Assembly (NCBI GenBank): GCA_032718475.1
Contig: JAUCBJ010005218.1
Location: 1 to 46,493, forward strand
Source: Nemertoderma westbladi
Lineage: Eukaryota > Animalia > Xenacoelomorpha
DNA length: 46,493 nt
Direction of reading: 5' to 3'
Shown: piece by piece, positions 1-10,851 of the stretch
Layout of the letters: every line of letters begins with the position of its first letter
How positions within the stretch are numbered: position 1 is the first letter of the stretch
Notes under the pieces: model-generated
The model's input: only the letters and a program-made list of their open reading frames with translations
The model's database searches: none
Told to the model about the DNA's origin: nothing
Made by a program: the position numbers and the translations under genes

Positions 1-45
1 TTTGTTACACATTTTCCCTTACGACACATGTCCTATATCGGCTAG

Positions 46-1602
46 AGTTCCGCCCGTGCCAACATTTTACTATAAAATGTGTATAGTTTACTAGTTTACT
101 TCTTTTTAATGATAGTGTAAAGTATTCTAGGATATTTCGAATTATTTTTTTATTAAATAATGTTCTATAACCTAGAACATATTATTTTTTGTTCTAGAAC
201 ATTTTTTAAAAATTATATTTTTTGTTTTTTTAACACTTTTTTTGTATAATTAACATATATATCTAGTGTCCCGTAATATAGTGTCATTTTCTGATGACAC
301 GGACCCCCCCCCCCCCAGATTTTTCTACAAATCTTTATCATATTGCTTGAAATTTGAAACACAACTAGTTCCACTCACCGTCGATGACCCCATGAAGCCG
401 GAATTTTCGATTTTGCCTTTAAATTTTTTTATAAGCGTTTTAAAAAAGTGTCTTTTGCGAAATCGCACCCTCCGTATCGTAGACATTCTTCACATTAGTC
501 GTAATTTTTTCATATCATTAAAAAGCTTGCGTTGCAAGGATTCCAAATATGTAACAATATCTGAATTTCGTTGAGAAACAGCTGAGATATAGGCGTTCAA
601 AGATTGCAAGAATTATCGTTCGCTGAAGGCCATTTATTCTATTTAATAAATACACGATGTTCTGGAACATTTTGTTTAAGTATGAATAGCTACGCAATAG
701 ATATATTGGATAGGAATACCGCTGTTGCCAACCAACTTATAAAATAAATAACACATTCTAGAATTTTGTGTATTTATTAAATAGAATAAATGGCCTACAG
801 CGAACGATAATTCTTGCAATCTTTGAACGCCTATATCTCAGCTGTTTCTCAACGAAATTCAGATATTGTTACATATTTGAATCCTTGCAACGCAAGCTTT
901 TTAATGATATGAAAAAATTACGACTAATGTGAAGAATGACCACGATACAGAGGGTGCGATTTCGCAAAAGACACTTTTTTAAAACGCTTATAAAAAAAAT
1001 TTAAAGGCAAAATCGAAAATTCCGGCTTCATGGGGTCATCGACGGTGAGTGGAACTAGTTGTGTTTCAAATTTCAAGCAATATGATAAAGATTTGTAGAA
1101 AAATCTGGGGGGGGGGGGGGGGTCCGTGTCATCTGAAAATGACACTATATTACGGGACATGGTGTACTCAAGTAATAATTTATAATTATAGCTAGTAAAA
1201 AATAGATGTCGATAGATGTCGACGATTGACTATTGATGCCATTATAGTGAATGTTAAGCTAGCTAAGATTTTAAAAAATGTTCTAGAATGCTATCGTTAT
1301 GGTTAGTTGTTCTGTATTCCAATTTTTTTTTAATTAAACAATCATTTTAATATTTTTTTTTTAAAAGAACAAATATTCTATAATTTTTTTTATCGAATAT
1401 TGTTAATAAAAATGTTCTAGAACATTTAGTACATGTTCTAGGACATTAAATAAATGTTCTAGAACTCTTATCAATAGAAAAAAACAGGCAACATAGCATA
1501 CTCAATATAAGTTCTGGAACATTTATCAATAAAAAAAACTGACTAAAAAGAATGAAAATTTGTTGAAAAAAAAACAACGAAAATGTTGGCACGGGCGGAA
1601 CT
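46..1602. mobile_element. Non-autonomous TIR/foldback element (outer shell)
   Basis: Perfect 23-bp inverted repeat: AGTTCCGCCCGTGCCAACATTTT (46-68) and AAAATGTTGGCACGGGCGGAACT (1580-1602). The AT-rich interior has recurring TGTTCTAGAAC-like motifs on both sides. No clear TSD. Confidence 0.7.
267..1159. mobile_element. Long-arm palindromic MITE/foldback nested in the 46-1602 element
   Basis: Near-identical ~390-bp arms (267-655 and 768-1159) around a ~112-bp spacer. The ORFs 266..574(+) and 924..1160(-) are mirror translations of each other. The right end reads ...GGGACATGGTG|TA, resembling a Tc1/mariner-type TA-flanked end. Confidence 0.85.
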
Positions 1603-1821
1603 GTTCCCCCCATATCTATCAAATTACCTGACGTTTCACTGATTTGTCCATTTCTTACAAGAATTCCCTGATATATTTCCCTGACATTTCATGATAAATT
1701 GAAGTTCCCTGTCTATTCCAGATGAGTGGCAACCCTGTATATTGTATATAGCTCTGCAGTGGAGACTCTGACACGACAAAAGTGATATTTTATAAACAAC
1801 GATGTTGTCTATAATATTACT

Positions 1822-1922
1822 CAATTATTCCAGAATAATATTTAGTTTCTCCATTCCGTAGTAGAGTTGTTAGTTGTAAATAGCAAATATAGCCAAAGAG
1901 GTCAGGTCATTTCCACTGCCAG
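1822..1922 (+). repeat. Diverged fragment related to the interior of the 6111-7923 element
   Basis: AATTATTCCAGAATAATA...GTTGTTAG..TAAATA...ACTGCCAG resembles 6456-6541. Confidence 0.4.
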
Positions 1923-2283
1923 CTTTTTGTTATTTCAGTATAGTTATGTTGGTATCTTTGTACGCATCTTTGTATGAAGTATACTTTGTTGTACTACAAT
2001 GACAAAAATGGGTTATTTCCGTTAGTGCATTTCTGGGGTTAGTTCCTCATGCAATTGTAGTAAGTTATGCCATTGTTATACATAAATATTATTAAATGGT
2101 TAATGAACTGGGTGGAATTATCAAACAATAATGGTTATAAAAAACAGGATGATTCCTGGATGATTTTGTTTGCAATGTGTTGGTTGGTACTATAGTATAG
2201 GGCAACAAGGTTAATGGGATAATCGGTAGGATGACGTATTAAGGTTGTTCACTTGTGATACACCTATCGGAAATAGGGTGCCA

Positions 2284-2475
2284 AGCCAATGTGAAGAATA
2301 CCAGATTTTCAAATTCCAGTCGAAATTTTATTGGAATTATTATGTAATATGAACACGCTTATTTCTATTATCGGTATATAAATTGTACAGATACAAATTC
2401 GTTTATTGTTTTGGTTAGATTTAGCCCTTCCGTTACCTGGGTCTTAGTGAAAACTTGGTATTCTTCACATAGGCT
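2284..2475. mobile_element. Small MITE-like element (~190 bp)
   Basis: Imperfect 28-bp inverted repeats: AGCCAATGTGAAGAATACCAGATTTTCA (2284-2311) and TGAAAACTTGGTATTCTTCACATAGGCT (2448-2475). Confidence 0.6.
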
Positions 2476-4391
2476 AAGTTGAAAATGAAATATAACAGCA
2501 GAATGTATGGTATACTTCACATATGCTATTACGGGTGTTGCTTAACATACTAAGGGTGTTTCTTTGACAAAGGGAGGAAGGGGGGGGGGGGGGGGTGGGG
2601 GGGTTAATGGTGTTTGTTTACTCATCATACTATACAACAGTGGTGGTTTAAGAGTGTTTCACCGGGACGGATTAGGTGTATTCCAAAGGGACATATCAAT
2701 TGGTTAACCTCTTTTTGGGTTGTAGAGGCGGATACTGGAGTTCAACTTTTCTAGGAAGGATTAAGGTTTAATTTTTTACCTTAATATGTTGCGTGTCGCA
2801 GTGGCTGATTAACGGGTCTGCAACCAGGGGTATTGTTAAAGTTTCAGTTGAGTTTGGAGTTTGGGTATATCGAGTTAAGCAAGGGTTACCTCATGTATCC
2901 CCTACCAGCTCCTGAAGTCCGCTCTCATCCACTCCAATTCAATACGAACCGCTACAAGGGCCTCCAACGAACCTTGAAGCTACGCAAACAGGACTCTGCT
3001 TTCACAATATATACCATTATACAACCATCCACCATATATCTACCAACCATTACCATTACCATTAACCATATCATTTCTTACCATGACTATTTTACCATTG
3101 TGCCTGGTAAACAAGAAAAAAATCGAATAAATTATGGGAATTATCTAAAGAACTATTAACATATCAGTAAACAAATGGATTTAAACGCGTTGTTAATTTT
3201 TTAAATAAAATTTAAATGTTACAACATGAACCTATCAAATAAACATAAACAATACCGTACATCGAGTTTTCCAAATGGAACTATATTTTAATGTATTCCT
3301 ATTCGTATTCAATTAAATAGGGCCTACACAAACCTTATACCAGCTCCTGTATATATAATATATATATATATATTTAGAGATCGGTACTGCCAACATTTTA
3401 CACGACACCAACTACCAAAAACATATATATATATACAACACACACACACTCAATACCGGTAAGTATAAATACAGTTAGTAAAGGAAAAACATTTAAAAGA
3501 AAATCAAAAAGGGAAAAATATTATTACCAATAGACAAATCAAATACTGTAACGAAGCGTGTCAATGTCAGAGCGAAAATTCCGAAACAATAAAGATTAAC
3601 AGTTGAGAAAAAAGTAGCTACCGGTACCGGTAGGATTCTATATTATTACCGGTACTTTTTATATATCCAGCAGATATTGCAGGAGGCGTATAAAAGTTAG
3701 ATCAATATGCGATTTAGTTGTTTTAAACAATTCCAGTTGCCAGTTTCAATGCAATATCACACATATGGTATCGAATAAATATTGTCATATTTTGGGTTCA
3801 CCCGAATACAGGAATAGGCCTACAGAAGATCTGATCATTAGCGACACAATTAACATAATTATATATACCAGTATTTAATTTGAGAAAATTAAAGTATCAT
3901 CCTTTTATGGACCAATAATAGGCTAATTAACCAATTTAAGTTACCGGTACTTTAGTTTAAGGTAAATAGATCTGTAGAATAATTGAAATTTTTTTAAAAA
4001 CCTTTTCTCTCTTGTCCTAAACCCCCAAAAGTTGATCACAAAACCTGCAATACCGGTATTGATCTAATTAATTAAACATTCATTTTTACGCCTGTTTTGC
4101 ATATTTTTAACGTATTCGAATCTAACGTTTGGCATTGGTGTGGCACGTTGTTAATGTTATGTTAATTACACAAACAACTGAACAATAAATACCTTGATGC
4201 CATTCAGAGTGCCATTACGTTCGAACATTAGCCCACTGCGGTAAACTGAAAGAAGTTATTAACCAAGCCGTAAGAGAGAATAACAACGATCTCAATTTAT
4301 AACCATGACGAAGGACAACAACAACATTAAATAAAAGTGTTGTTCAGTTGTTAGCTGAATCCTGGAATCGGCGTTTTTCGGATCCGAGTCT

Positions 4392-5096
4392 TTAGGATCT
4401 AGACCGACTGCGAGAGCGACCAGGTGCCACAGCGCGGGTAATAGCTGGGCTGCAATCCCGGGCGAAGTGCCCCCGCTGCCCGCACGTGTAGCATCGGCTC
4501 TCGGGGTCGAACCCCTGTCTACGCTCCCTGAGGCGATTTCTTGGGAACGCAATAGAAACCTTTACTTTACCGCCGCAAACACTTTCCCCATTTAGCTCAT
4601 AAACTGCTCTTTCCGCATCATCTCTGTGTTTATAGACGATAAACGCGAAGCACGGAGGACTATTCGCGATCCAGATCTCTCGGAGAGGCCCGAATTCCCC
4701 AAAGCGACTTTCGAGTTCGCGTTTAGAAACATCGATACCGAGATCACCGATAAAAACTCGACAACCTTCATTCTCTTCGTGCGAGTTGTTGTATGACCCA
4801 CCGCCTCCCCCCCTGTACCCCCCACCTCCCCCGTATCCCCCACCACTTCCCCCGTATCCCCCACCACCTCCCCCGTAACCCCCACCACCTCCCCCATAAC
4901 CCCCACCACCTCCGTACCTCGGTGGGGGGGAGCGTCGACCATGGTACTGCCTCGGTGGACTGCGGTTGTTGTACCGCCGCGGCGGAGAGCGGTATCGCGC
5001 TGGAGATCTCGATCTACGGCGGTACGGAGCTGGCGAGCGCGAATGGGAGCGGTAGCGGCGTCTCCTAGGTGACGGTGATCTCGAGCGGGAACTCAT
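4392..5096 (-). CDS. SRSF7: Serine/arginine-rich splicing factor, SRSF3/SRSF7 (9G8)-like; single coding exon
   Basis: 234-aa ORF from ATG to stop. It has an N-terminal RS/SP-rich tract, GGGY repeats, an RRM (RVFIGDL...IWIANSPPCFAFIVY...DAERAVYELNG), a CCHC zinc knuckle (CYTCGQRGHFARDC) and a short C-terminal RS tail. It is a GC-rich island in AT-rich DNA. The symbol denotes the family, not proven orthology. Confidence 0.9.
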   Translation of the reverse strand: MSSRSRSPSPRRRRYRSHSRSPAPYRRRSRSPARYRSPPRRYNNRSPPRQYHGRRSPPPRYGGGGGYGGGGGGYGGGGGGYGGSGGGYGGGGGYRGGGGGSYNNSHEENEGCRVFIGDLGIDVSKRELESRFGEFGPLREIWIANSPPCFAFIVYKHRDDAERAVYELNGESVCGGKVKVSIAFPRNRLRERRQGFDPESRCYTCGQRGHFARDCSPAITRAVAPGRSRSRSRS

Positions 5097-5233
5097 TGTG
5101 AATCAGGCAGTCTGACAGGATTCAGGAATATCAGAAGAATATATCTGTATATAGGCTATAATATGAAAGTGGAAAGGGGTCCTACTAAAAACCGCAATTT
5201 ACCGCAACTAATTGTCATTTTCAGCAGCCTTAT

Positions 5234-5305
5234 GCTGTTATGGTCTAGTGGTGACAACCTTAGGCTTCCACGTAGGAGGCCCTGGTTCGATCCCTTGACC
5301 AGGCA
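5234..5305 (+). pseudogene. tRNA-derived (SINE-head-like) sequence in left MITE arm
   Basis: A-box-like TGGTCTAGTGG (5241-5251) and B-box-like GGTTCGATCC (5284-5293) at tRNA spacing. The acceptor stem is poor, so this is not called a functional tRNA. Confidence 0.6.
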
Positions 5306-5696
5306 ACACTGTTTTTGCAGTGTTTTAAAAACGACAAAATTTACAATTAATGCTGTAATGTGATCAATATAAAACCAATAGGGCCTATCCCTATATGTTA
5401 ACATTAGACTGTTAGAGGGTCCTACGAATTAGCAATTAGGCCTACCCCAAAATAGTCACAAAATGCCACAAAAAGGCTAAACTATTACCGGCACCCCAAA
5501 ATAAGCCAACAATGTTTAGAAACGGCGAGGGAAAGGAGCAGGTTACAGTGGCAAGTTTTTCTAACCAAAACAATAAACGAGAGTGAAAAACAAGTATTTC
5601 GAGGTAGGCCTACCGTATTTTGGTTTGGGGTAGGCCTAATTCTGTAATTCGTAGGACCGTTTTTAAAACACTACACAAACAGAAAACAGTGCTACA

Positions 5697-5802
5697 CGGT
5701 CAAGGCAGCAAGGGATCGAACAGGGCACAGGTTGACAGGGGTCTGGCTGTCTGGGGTCTCCTAATTTGAAGCCCAGGAATTTCGCCACTAGACCATGCAG
5801 CT
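5697..5802 (-). pseudogene. tRNA-derived sequence in right MITE arm (with internal insertion)
   Basis: The reverse strand reads TGGTCTAGTGG...GGCTTCAAATTAGGAGACCCC...GTTCGATCCCT, mirroring the left arm. Confidence 0.5.
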
Positions 5803-6658
5803 GCTTGAAAATAACAACTAGTCTGCTAGTTGCGGTGAAGTGCGGTAAATTGCGGTAAGTTGCGGTAAATTGCGGTTTTTAGTAGGACCGGTGGAAAGGG
5901 CTGGGCAGCTGGGCCAGGTTGGAATTCATGCATGAGCGCGCAGGTACACTTTGTTGTTTTGAAATCACCGCGCACCTGAAATTGGCTCGTCGCGCACCTC
6001 ATCATAATCCAAACAAAATCGCTCAGCTCATGTCATGCATATCTCAAAAAATCGCACAGTTCATAAGAACGTTGTAAACGCGCACAGTTTAAATATTTTT
6101 TCAAGAAAATGGGGTAGGCGACTCGGAAAATTTTTTTCGAGTTTTCGTTGGTTTCATGTGAAAGAGCATGTGAAAAAACCCAAGAGAGCAATTTTACTTA
6201 AAAAAAATTAATATTGGCCGAGTTATAGCAATTTTAAAACGCAAAATTAGCAACATCGAAAAATCAGGCTGTTTCAGACAACTGCACTAGTGACGTCACT
6301 AGTGCAGCAGTAAATGTTCATTGGTTACTATACAATATAAATCTCTTAGTAACTAAAATAAATTTTGTAGCTAATATTTATTTAGTGTGTTTTTGTGTTG
6401 TGTTAAGAATACATTATTTGATATCTTAATGTGGAAATTGATTCATGACAAGTTAATTATTCCAGAATAATAATTATTTTTCCCAAACTATACAGTTGTT
6501 AGCTATACAAATAAAACATATTTTGTAGCTAAAACTGCCAGGTGGTAGAAATCCAGTAGCTTATTGATGTTTTATTCAGCTTCAAAACTTATATTACTTT
6601 GGATTAGATTGTGGATTCGCACTTAGTTAGTAGTAAGTGGACATAGTTAGTCCAAGTA

Positions 6659-6730
6659 GCTGTAATGGATGACGTAGTAAAAATATCTTCAGCTGCCATC
6701 TCAATACAATCAGCATTAATCAGAATTTAG
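6659..6730 (+). pseudogene. Putative C-terminal remnant of a DDE_Tnp_4/ISL2EU transposase
   Basis: Manual translation AVMDDVVKISSAAISIQSALIRI* resembles the D-x-x-V-x-I-x-x-A...Q-x-x-L-I terminus of these transposases. It lies tail-to-tail with the YqaJ remnant. Confidence 0.4.
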
Positions 6731-6789
6731 TTGAACTATAACTGTTACTTAGTTGAACTAGTACTGTATAATTTACATTTTTTAATTAT

Positions 6790-7091
6790 CTATTTTTTCA
6801 CAATTTTGGGAAATATATATTCCTTCCAGAAGCTACGACTACTTTTCAGTAAACTTTGCATGTATATGGAATCATATGATACTTCAACTATTTTCACTTC
6901 GCATTTATTTCAAAAGATGGATCTGCGATGCTAAACAAGGCCCATTGTTTATTGCAAAGATGCATTTGAAGTTGGATTTGTGCCATGAATTTAGCGCTTA
7001 CGATATTCGATTGTGTAAGATAGGATTTTTAAATGCCATGTTTTGATGTTGGACATTTTACTTCTACCACATGCGTTGGTGTAATGGCATC
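6790..7091 (-). pseudogene. YqaJ/lambda-exonuclease-like gene remnant (last exon)
   Basis: Manual translation DAITPTHVVEVKCPTSKHGI*KSYLTQSNIVSAKFMAQIQLQMHLCNKQWALFSIADPSFE/(frameshift)KCEVKIVEVSYDSIYMQSLLKSSRSFWKEYIFPKIVKK* shows D...EVKCP and Q-x-Q-x-Q-M motifs. It is preceded by an acceptor-like TTTCAG. Confidence 0.75.
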
Positions 7092-8197
7092 TGAAATGGC
7101 ATCAAAAAATAAGATTTTGTGGTATTTTATAAAAACACTAGCTACAATATTAAAACAGTACATACCATTGAAAACACTAGTTACCACAAACATTTGTTTT
7201 TATTTTCTTTAAAACATTTTTTTTTCACATGTAACTAGCCAAAATATGTCAAGAACATAAACCTATAGCCCAAAACATTATGTTTTGGTATTTTTTGGTA
7301 TTTTTATATTTTTTGATGTCAAACCAAAAACAGCTATTATGAAAGGCAGAATAATGGTGACACGTGCAACACTAGTACCAGTAACACTTTACAGTGAACT
7401 GACAAAAAATCTCAATAATTTCCATCTAGTGCTAATCTACCCATCCCGCATTGTTCGCTGTAAAAACAATTAAAAAATAGATTAATGAAACGCCTGGCAG
7501 TATTTAGCTAGCTATATTTGTTTTTAGCTACAGCTCTACGGTACAGGTACATGAGGTATGGGCGAAATAAATATTATTCTAGAATAATTAACTTGATATG
7601 AATAATTTGCCTCCATACCGCTCTCCTATAATAAATACTTAGCTACATTAATTATTTGTTTGATTTTAGATACTGCAATATTATACTTTATATTAGCCAA
7701 TCAACTGCGCTTGACAACTGTTGCTGTGTTATGGCTGACGTCACTCGTGCAGTTTTCTGAAACGGCCTGATTTTTTGATGTTGCTAATTTTGCGTTTTAA
7801 AATCGCTATAACTCGGCCAATATTAATTTTTTTTAAGTAAAATTGCTATCTGGGGTTTTTTCACATGCTCTTTCATATGAAACCAACAAAAACTCGAAAA
7901 AAAATTTCCGAGTCGTCTACCCCATTGCGTAACGTAGAACTAATGCAACACTGTTTTTTTGACAGACATTTGTAAATATTTTTATTTTGTATAGCGGTAT
8001 ACTCTCATGTGCATTTTTTTAAATTCTCATATATTTGTGCCCATTTTTTAAAATCTGCTTCATCACACACTGCTGTTCATGGTTACATATTTGTTATTTT
8101 ATGCTACTATGTACGCTTATTTGTTGTAATTACATAACGTTTTTATCAGTTTATTGCATCATAAATTACAATAATTTTAAATTACTTACCGTTATAC

Positions 8198-9060
8198 TAG
8201 GGCTCGATCGGAGTTGGGATTTGGCCGGAGCCGGAGCAGGAGCCGGAGTTGGACAATTTGGCCGGAGCCGGAGCAGGAGCCGGAGTTTTTCAAAAATTTT
8301 AAAAATTTAATTATTTATTTAAAAAAAATAAAGTATGGGTATCGTTCGCCAATCGCTCATAATCAATCATACTGTAGGTCTAATTAATTTCATAATTTAT
8401 AGATTTACGAATTTTCAATTTAAAATTTAAGTAGGCCTAATTAATTTATCACGGCAGCACGGACAGACGGCTTGATGCTGACGGCGACGGCCTGATGCTG
8501 ACGGCGACGGCCTGACGCTGACGGCTAAAAATTACCTACAGTACCTAACTCACTAACTGTCTAACTGTGGTAGAGGTGTGTACTGTAGGTAGCCTACCGT
8601 ACGTGTACCAGTACTGCAGTACAGTATGCTGGCATGACAGCAGTAAATGCTGAAATGGCTGCAATGGTACAGTCTGAGTCTGACAGTGTACAATCATAGC
8701 AACTTTTACAATTTTTTTAAGTAGGGCCTATCTGTAATAGTCTGCTAGTCAGCCAGCTGGCCAGTACCAGTATACTGGTACTGGTACTGTACTGCAGTAT
8801 ACTGCAGTACAGTCGGTCAGTCATTGACTTTAAGTAAATAGCCTACTGCAGTATTATCAGATTATACTTGATATTGAAGCTGTACTACAGTACACAGTAC
8901 TTATAGTGTTAAATAATTGTTCAAATTAGAACATGCACGAAATATAATACTTTATTAAAAAATTAACTCCGGCAATATTTTTACCGGAGCCGGAGCAGGA
9001 GCCGGAGGTGCCAAAATGGCCGGAGCCGGAGCCGGAGGCCGGAGCTCCGATCGAGCCCTA
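8198..9060. mobile_element. hAT-type MITE
   Basis: 16-bp TIR TAGGGCTCGATCGGAG / CTCCGATCGAGCCCTA. 8-bp TSD CGTTATAC (8190-8197 and 9061-9068). Subterminal (GCCGGA)n arrays. Internal 20-bp tandem GACGGCGACGGCCTGATGCT around 8467-8525. Confidence 0.92.
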
Positions 9061-9139
9061 CGTTATACTGTGTATTTAGTATTTAAAGGTTTCGAAATGC
9101 TGGAAATGAGTATTCCGATCCGATGCTAGGTTACCTATT

Positions 9140-9440
9140 AGTGCTCCCGGACAGCCGGAAGGGAACCTTGGTGATTTTCTCCCTTTAATTTTAATATTTT
9201 AATCTGTGTTTTTCCGATTTAAATTTTAATATTAATTGTGAAATAAATAAATAAAAAACAATTTTACATTCCTATTTTACAAGTTTGAGCGTTTTAAGCT
9301 TATCTTTACGTCTGTCTGTCTGTCAGTCTGTACGTTGAATCTAGGCTTACATAATAAATGTAATTTTTGCAACATCAAAATTGTTAATATTAAAAAATAT
9401 TTTTTTAATCCACTACTATGGTGGCCCATCGGGCTCACTG
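9140..9440 (+). mobile_element. Possible short Helentron-associated (HINE-like) element
   Basis: Imperfect short inverted ends (AGTGCTCCC / GGGCTCACT) and an internal (GTCT)n microsatellite at ~9310-9330. Confidence 0.3.
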
Positions 9441-10221
9441 CTTTTATAACAGAAAATATTATTTTAGATTACAAACAAAACATGTAATTTCAAAAAAACG
9501 AATATTGAAATAGGTACCCTGCCAGTAATACTTTGTATAGGCCTACCTAACAATTAGCAGATTAGGCTTAAACATACAGTTGGCTTATAATTAAGTCATA
9601 CTTATAATACATTGTTACTTTCTGACTTTACCTGTTTACTAACGTAACATCGGCATTCGGCATAGCATAGACCTAATAACAATACAACAATAGAGTACTG
9701 TAGTTAAAATAAATAGACAAATTCAGCTCCGGTTGCCGGTATTACAGTATTACTGTATTTGTATTATGGCGAAGTGATTTGACTGTTTGAAGAATTGGAA
9801 ATGAGAAACTAATGCGAGCGAAATTTTTTTGTGTATTTTCGTGATTTCAATTAATTTGTGGTGCGCATCAGAGGCAGAGCTGCGCGCTGAGGCGCAACGC
9901 GCACCTGTCTCACCCGAACGCGCACCTGTCTCACCCAAACGCGCAAAGCGCATCTGGTTTGCGGTCATTCAGTCATTCGCGCAGGTACGCGTCTGAGTTT
10001 TGCAGCATGAATTCCAACCTGGCAGCTGGGGTTGATTGAACGTGAAGCTGAACAGTAGCCTACCGGTACCAGTACTCTTTAGCTGGCAACTGGCAGACAG
10101 GCACAGGCTGACAGGTCAGGCTGGACGGACAGGTAGTGCACTGCAGTACTAGAATATCTATTGCAGAGACTAATTGCCCCTACTTAAACCGCGTATCGTA
10201 CTGCCACTAGTTAGTTGTTAG

Positions 10222-10525
10222 TTGAAACAAAATTGGAACATAATTGAAACATATTAGGAGCCACGTAATGGTGTCCTACCTGCAATGCTATGTATGCCAG
10301 CGAAACAAATTTGAAACAAATTAGGAGGGCCGTAATGATGGCTGCAATATGCTGAAATAAAGAAGATTAATGATAGTCTACCGGAGAATTGGAACAATGA
10401 TGGGCTACGGAGCTCAAAAAATTGGAACAATGTTAAGTATGCCAGTGAAACAAATTTGAAACAAATTAGGAGAGCCGTAATGATAGCCTACCGAAAGAAT
10501 TGGAACAATGATGGGCTACGGAGCT
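10222..10525. repeat. Diverged local tandem duplication
   Basis: Repeated GAAACAAATTTGAAACAAATTAGGAG...CCGTAATGAT and GAATTGGAACAATGATGGGCTACGGAGCT blocks. Confidence 0.65.
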
Positions 10526-10851
10526 GCCTGGGTTGTTTGGCTGAACCAGTGGTGGCACGGATGAGGGTGTAAGAAAAGGGGGAAAGATCTAAAAATAGCA
10601 CCCAACAGCCCAATAGGAAGCTTCTAGCTTCTTGCATTGCTAAGGCTACCGGTACCTTGCTTGGCCTCTATGCTGTCATAACCCTTATTTTCGCATGCGA
10701 ATCAAGGTAATGTTTTAAAGATCTGGTGTGTAAAACGCGTTTTTGTGCAGTGATATGTTTATGATATTATTATTAAACTAACTGCACTAACTATCTCACA
10801 TTTATTTAATAATATATGGTAAAAAAAGCAACCAACCTATAATTACAATAA

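Larger units (their letters stand above)
5177..5890. mobile_element. MITE with long imperfect TIRs and 8-bp TSD
   Basis: Ends are GGGTCCTACTAAAAACCGCAATTTACCGCAACT and AGTTGCGGTAAATTGCGGTTTTTAGTAGGACCG. TSD GTGGAAAG at 5169-5176 and 5891-5898. An inner inverted pair with the same termini (GGGTCCTACG...CGTAGGACCG) spans 5417-5659. Confidence 0.85.
6111..7923. mobile_element. Internally deleted ISL2EU-like (PHIS group) DNA transposon, copy 1
   Basis: ~190-bp TIRs starting GGGGTAGRCGACTCGGAAA, flanked by AT on both sides. A second copy lies at 44156-45648. Contains convergent remnants of a transposase-like C-terminus and a YqaJ-type exonuclease. Confidence 0.85.
5914..10022. mobile_element. Non-autonomous hAT-like DNA transposon hosting nested insertions
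   Basis: Perfect 18-bp TIR CCAGGTTGGAATTCATGC (5914-5931 and 10005-10022). 8-bp TSD CAGCTGGG (5906-5913 and 10023-10030). Subterminal GCGCACCTG/GCGCAGGTAC repeats at both ends. Confidence 0.9.

Noticed and set aside
266-1160. Pair of paralogous small protein genes
   Set aside because: They are mirror translations of the two arms of one inverted repeat, with a homopolymer-derived poly-Pro and no domain.
4292-5068. Overlapping ORFs 4292..4552, 4592..4942 and 4793..5068
   Set aside because: Alternative-frame or antisense shadows of the GC-rich, repetitive SR gene.
5234-5305. Functional tRNA-Gly(TCC) gene
   Set aside because: The acceptor and anticodon stems pair poorly and the sequence is part of a MITE arm. 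Kept only as tRNA-derived.
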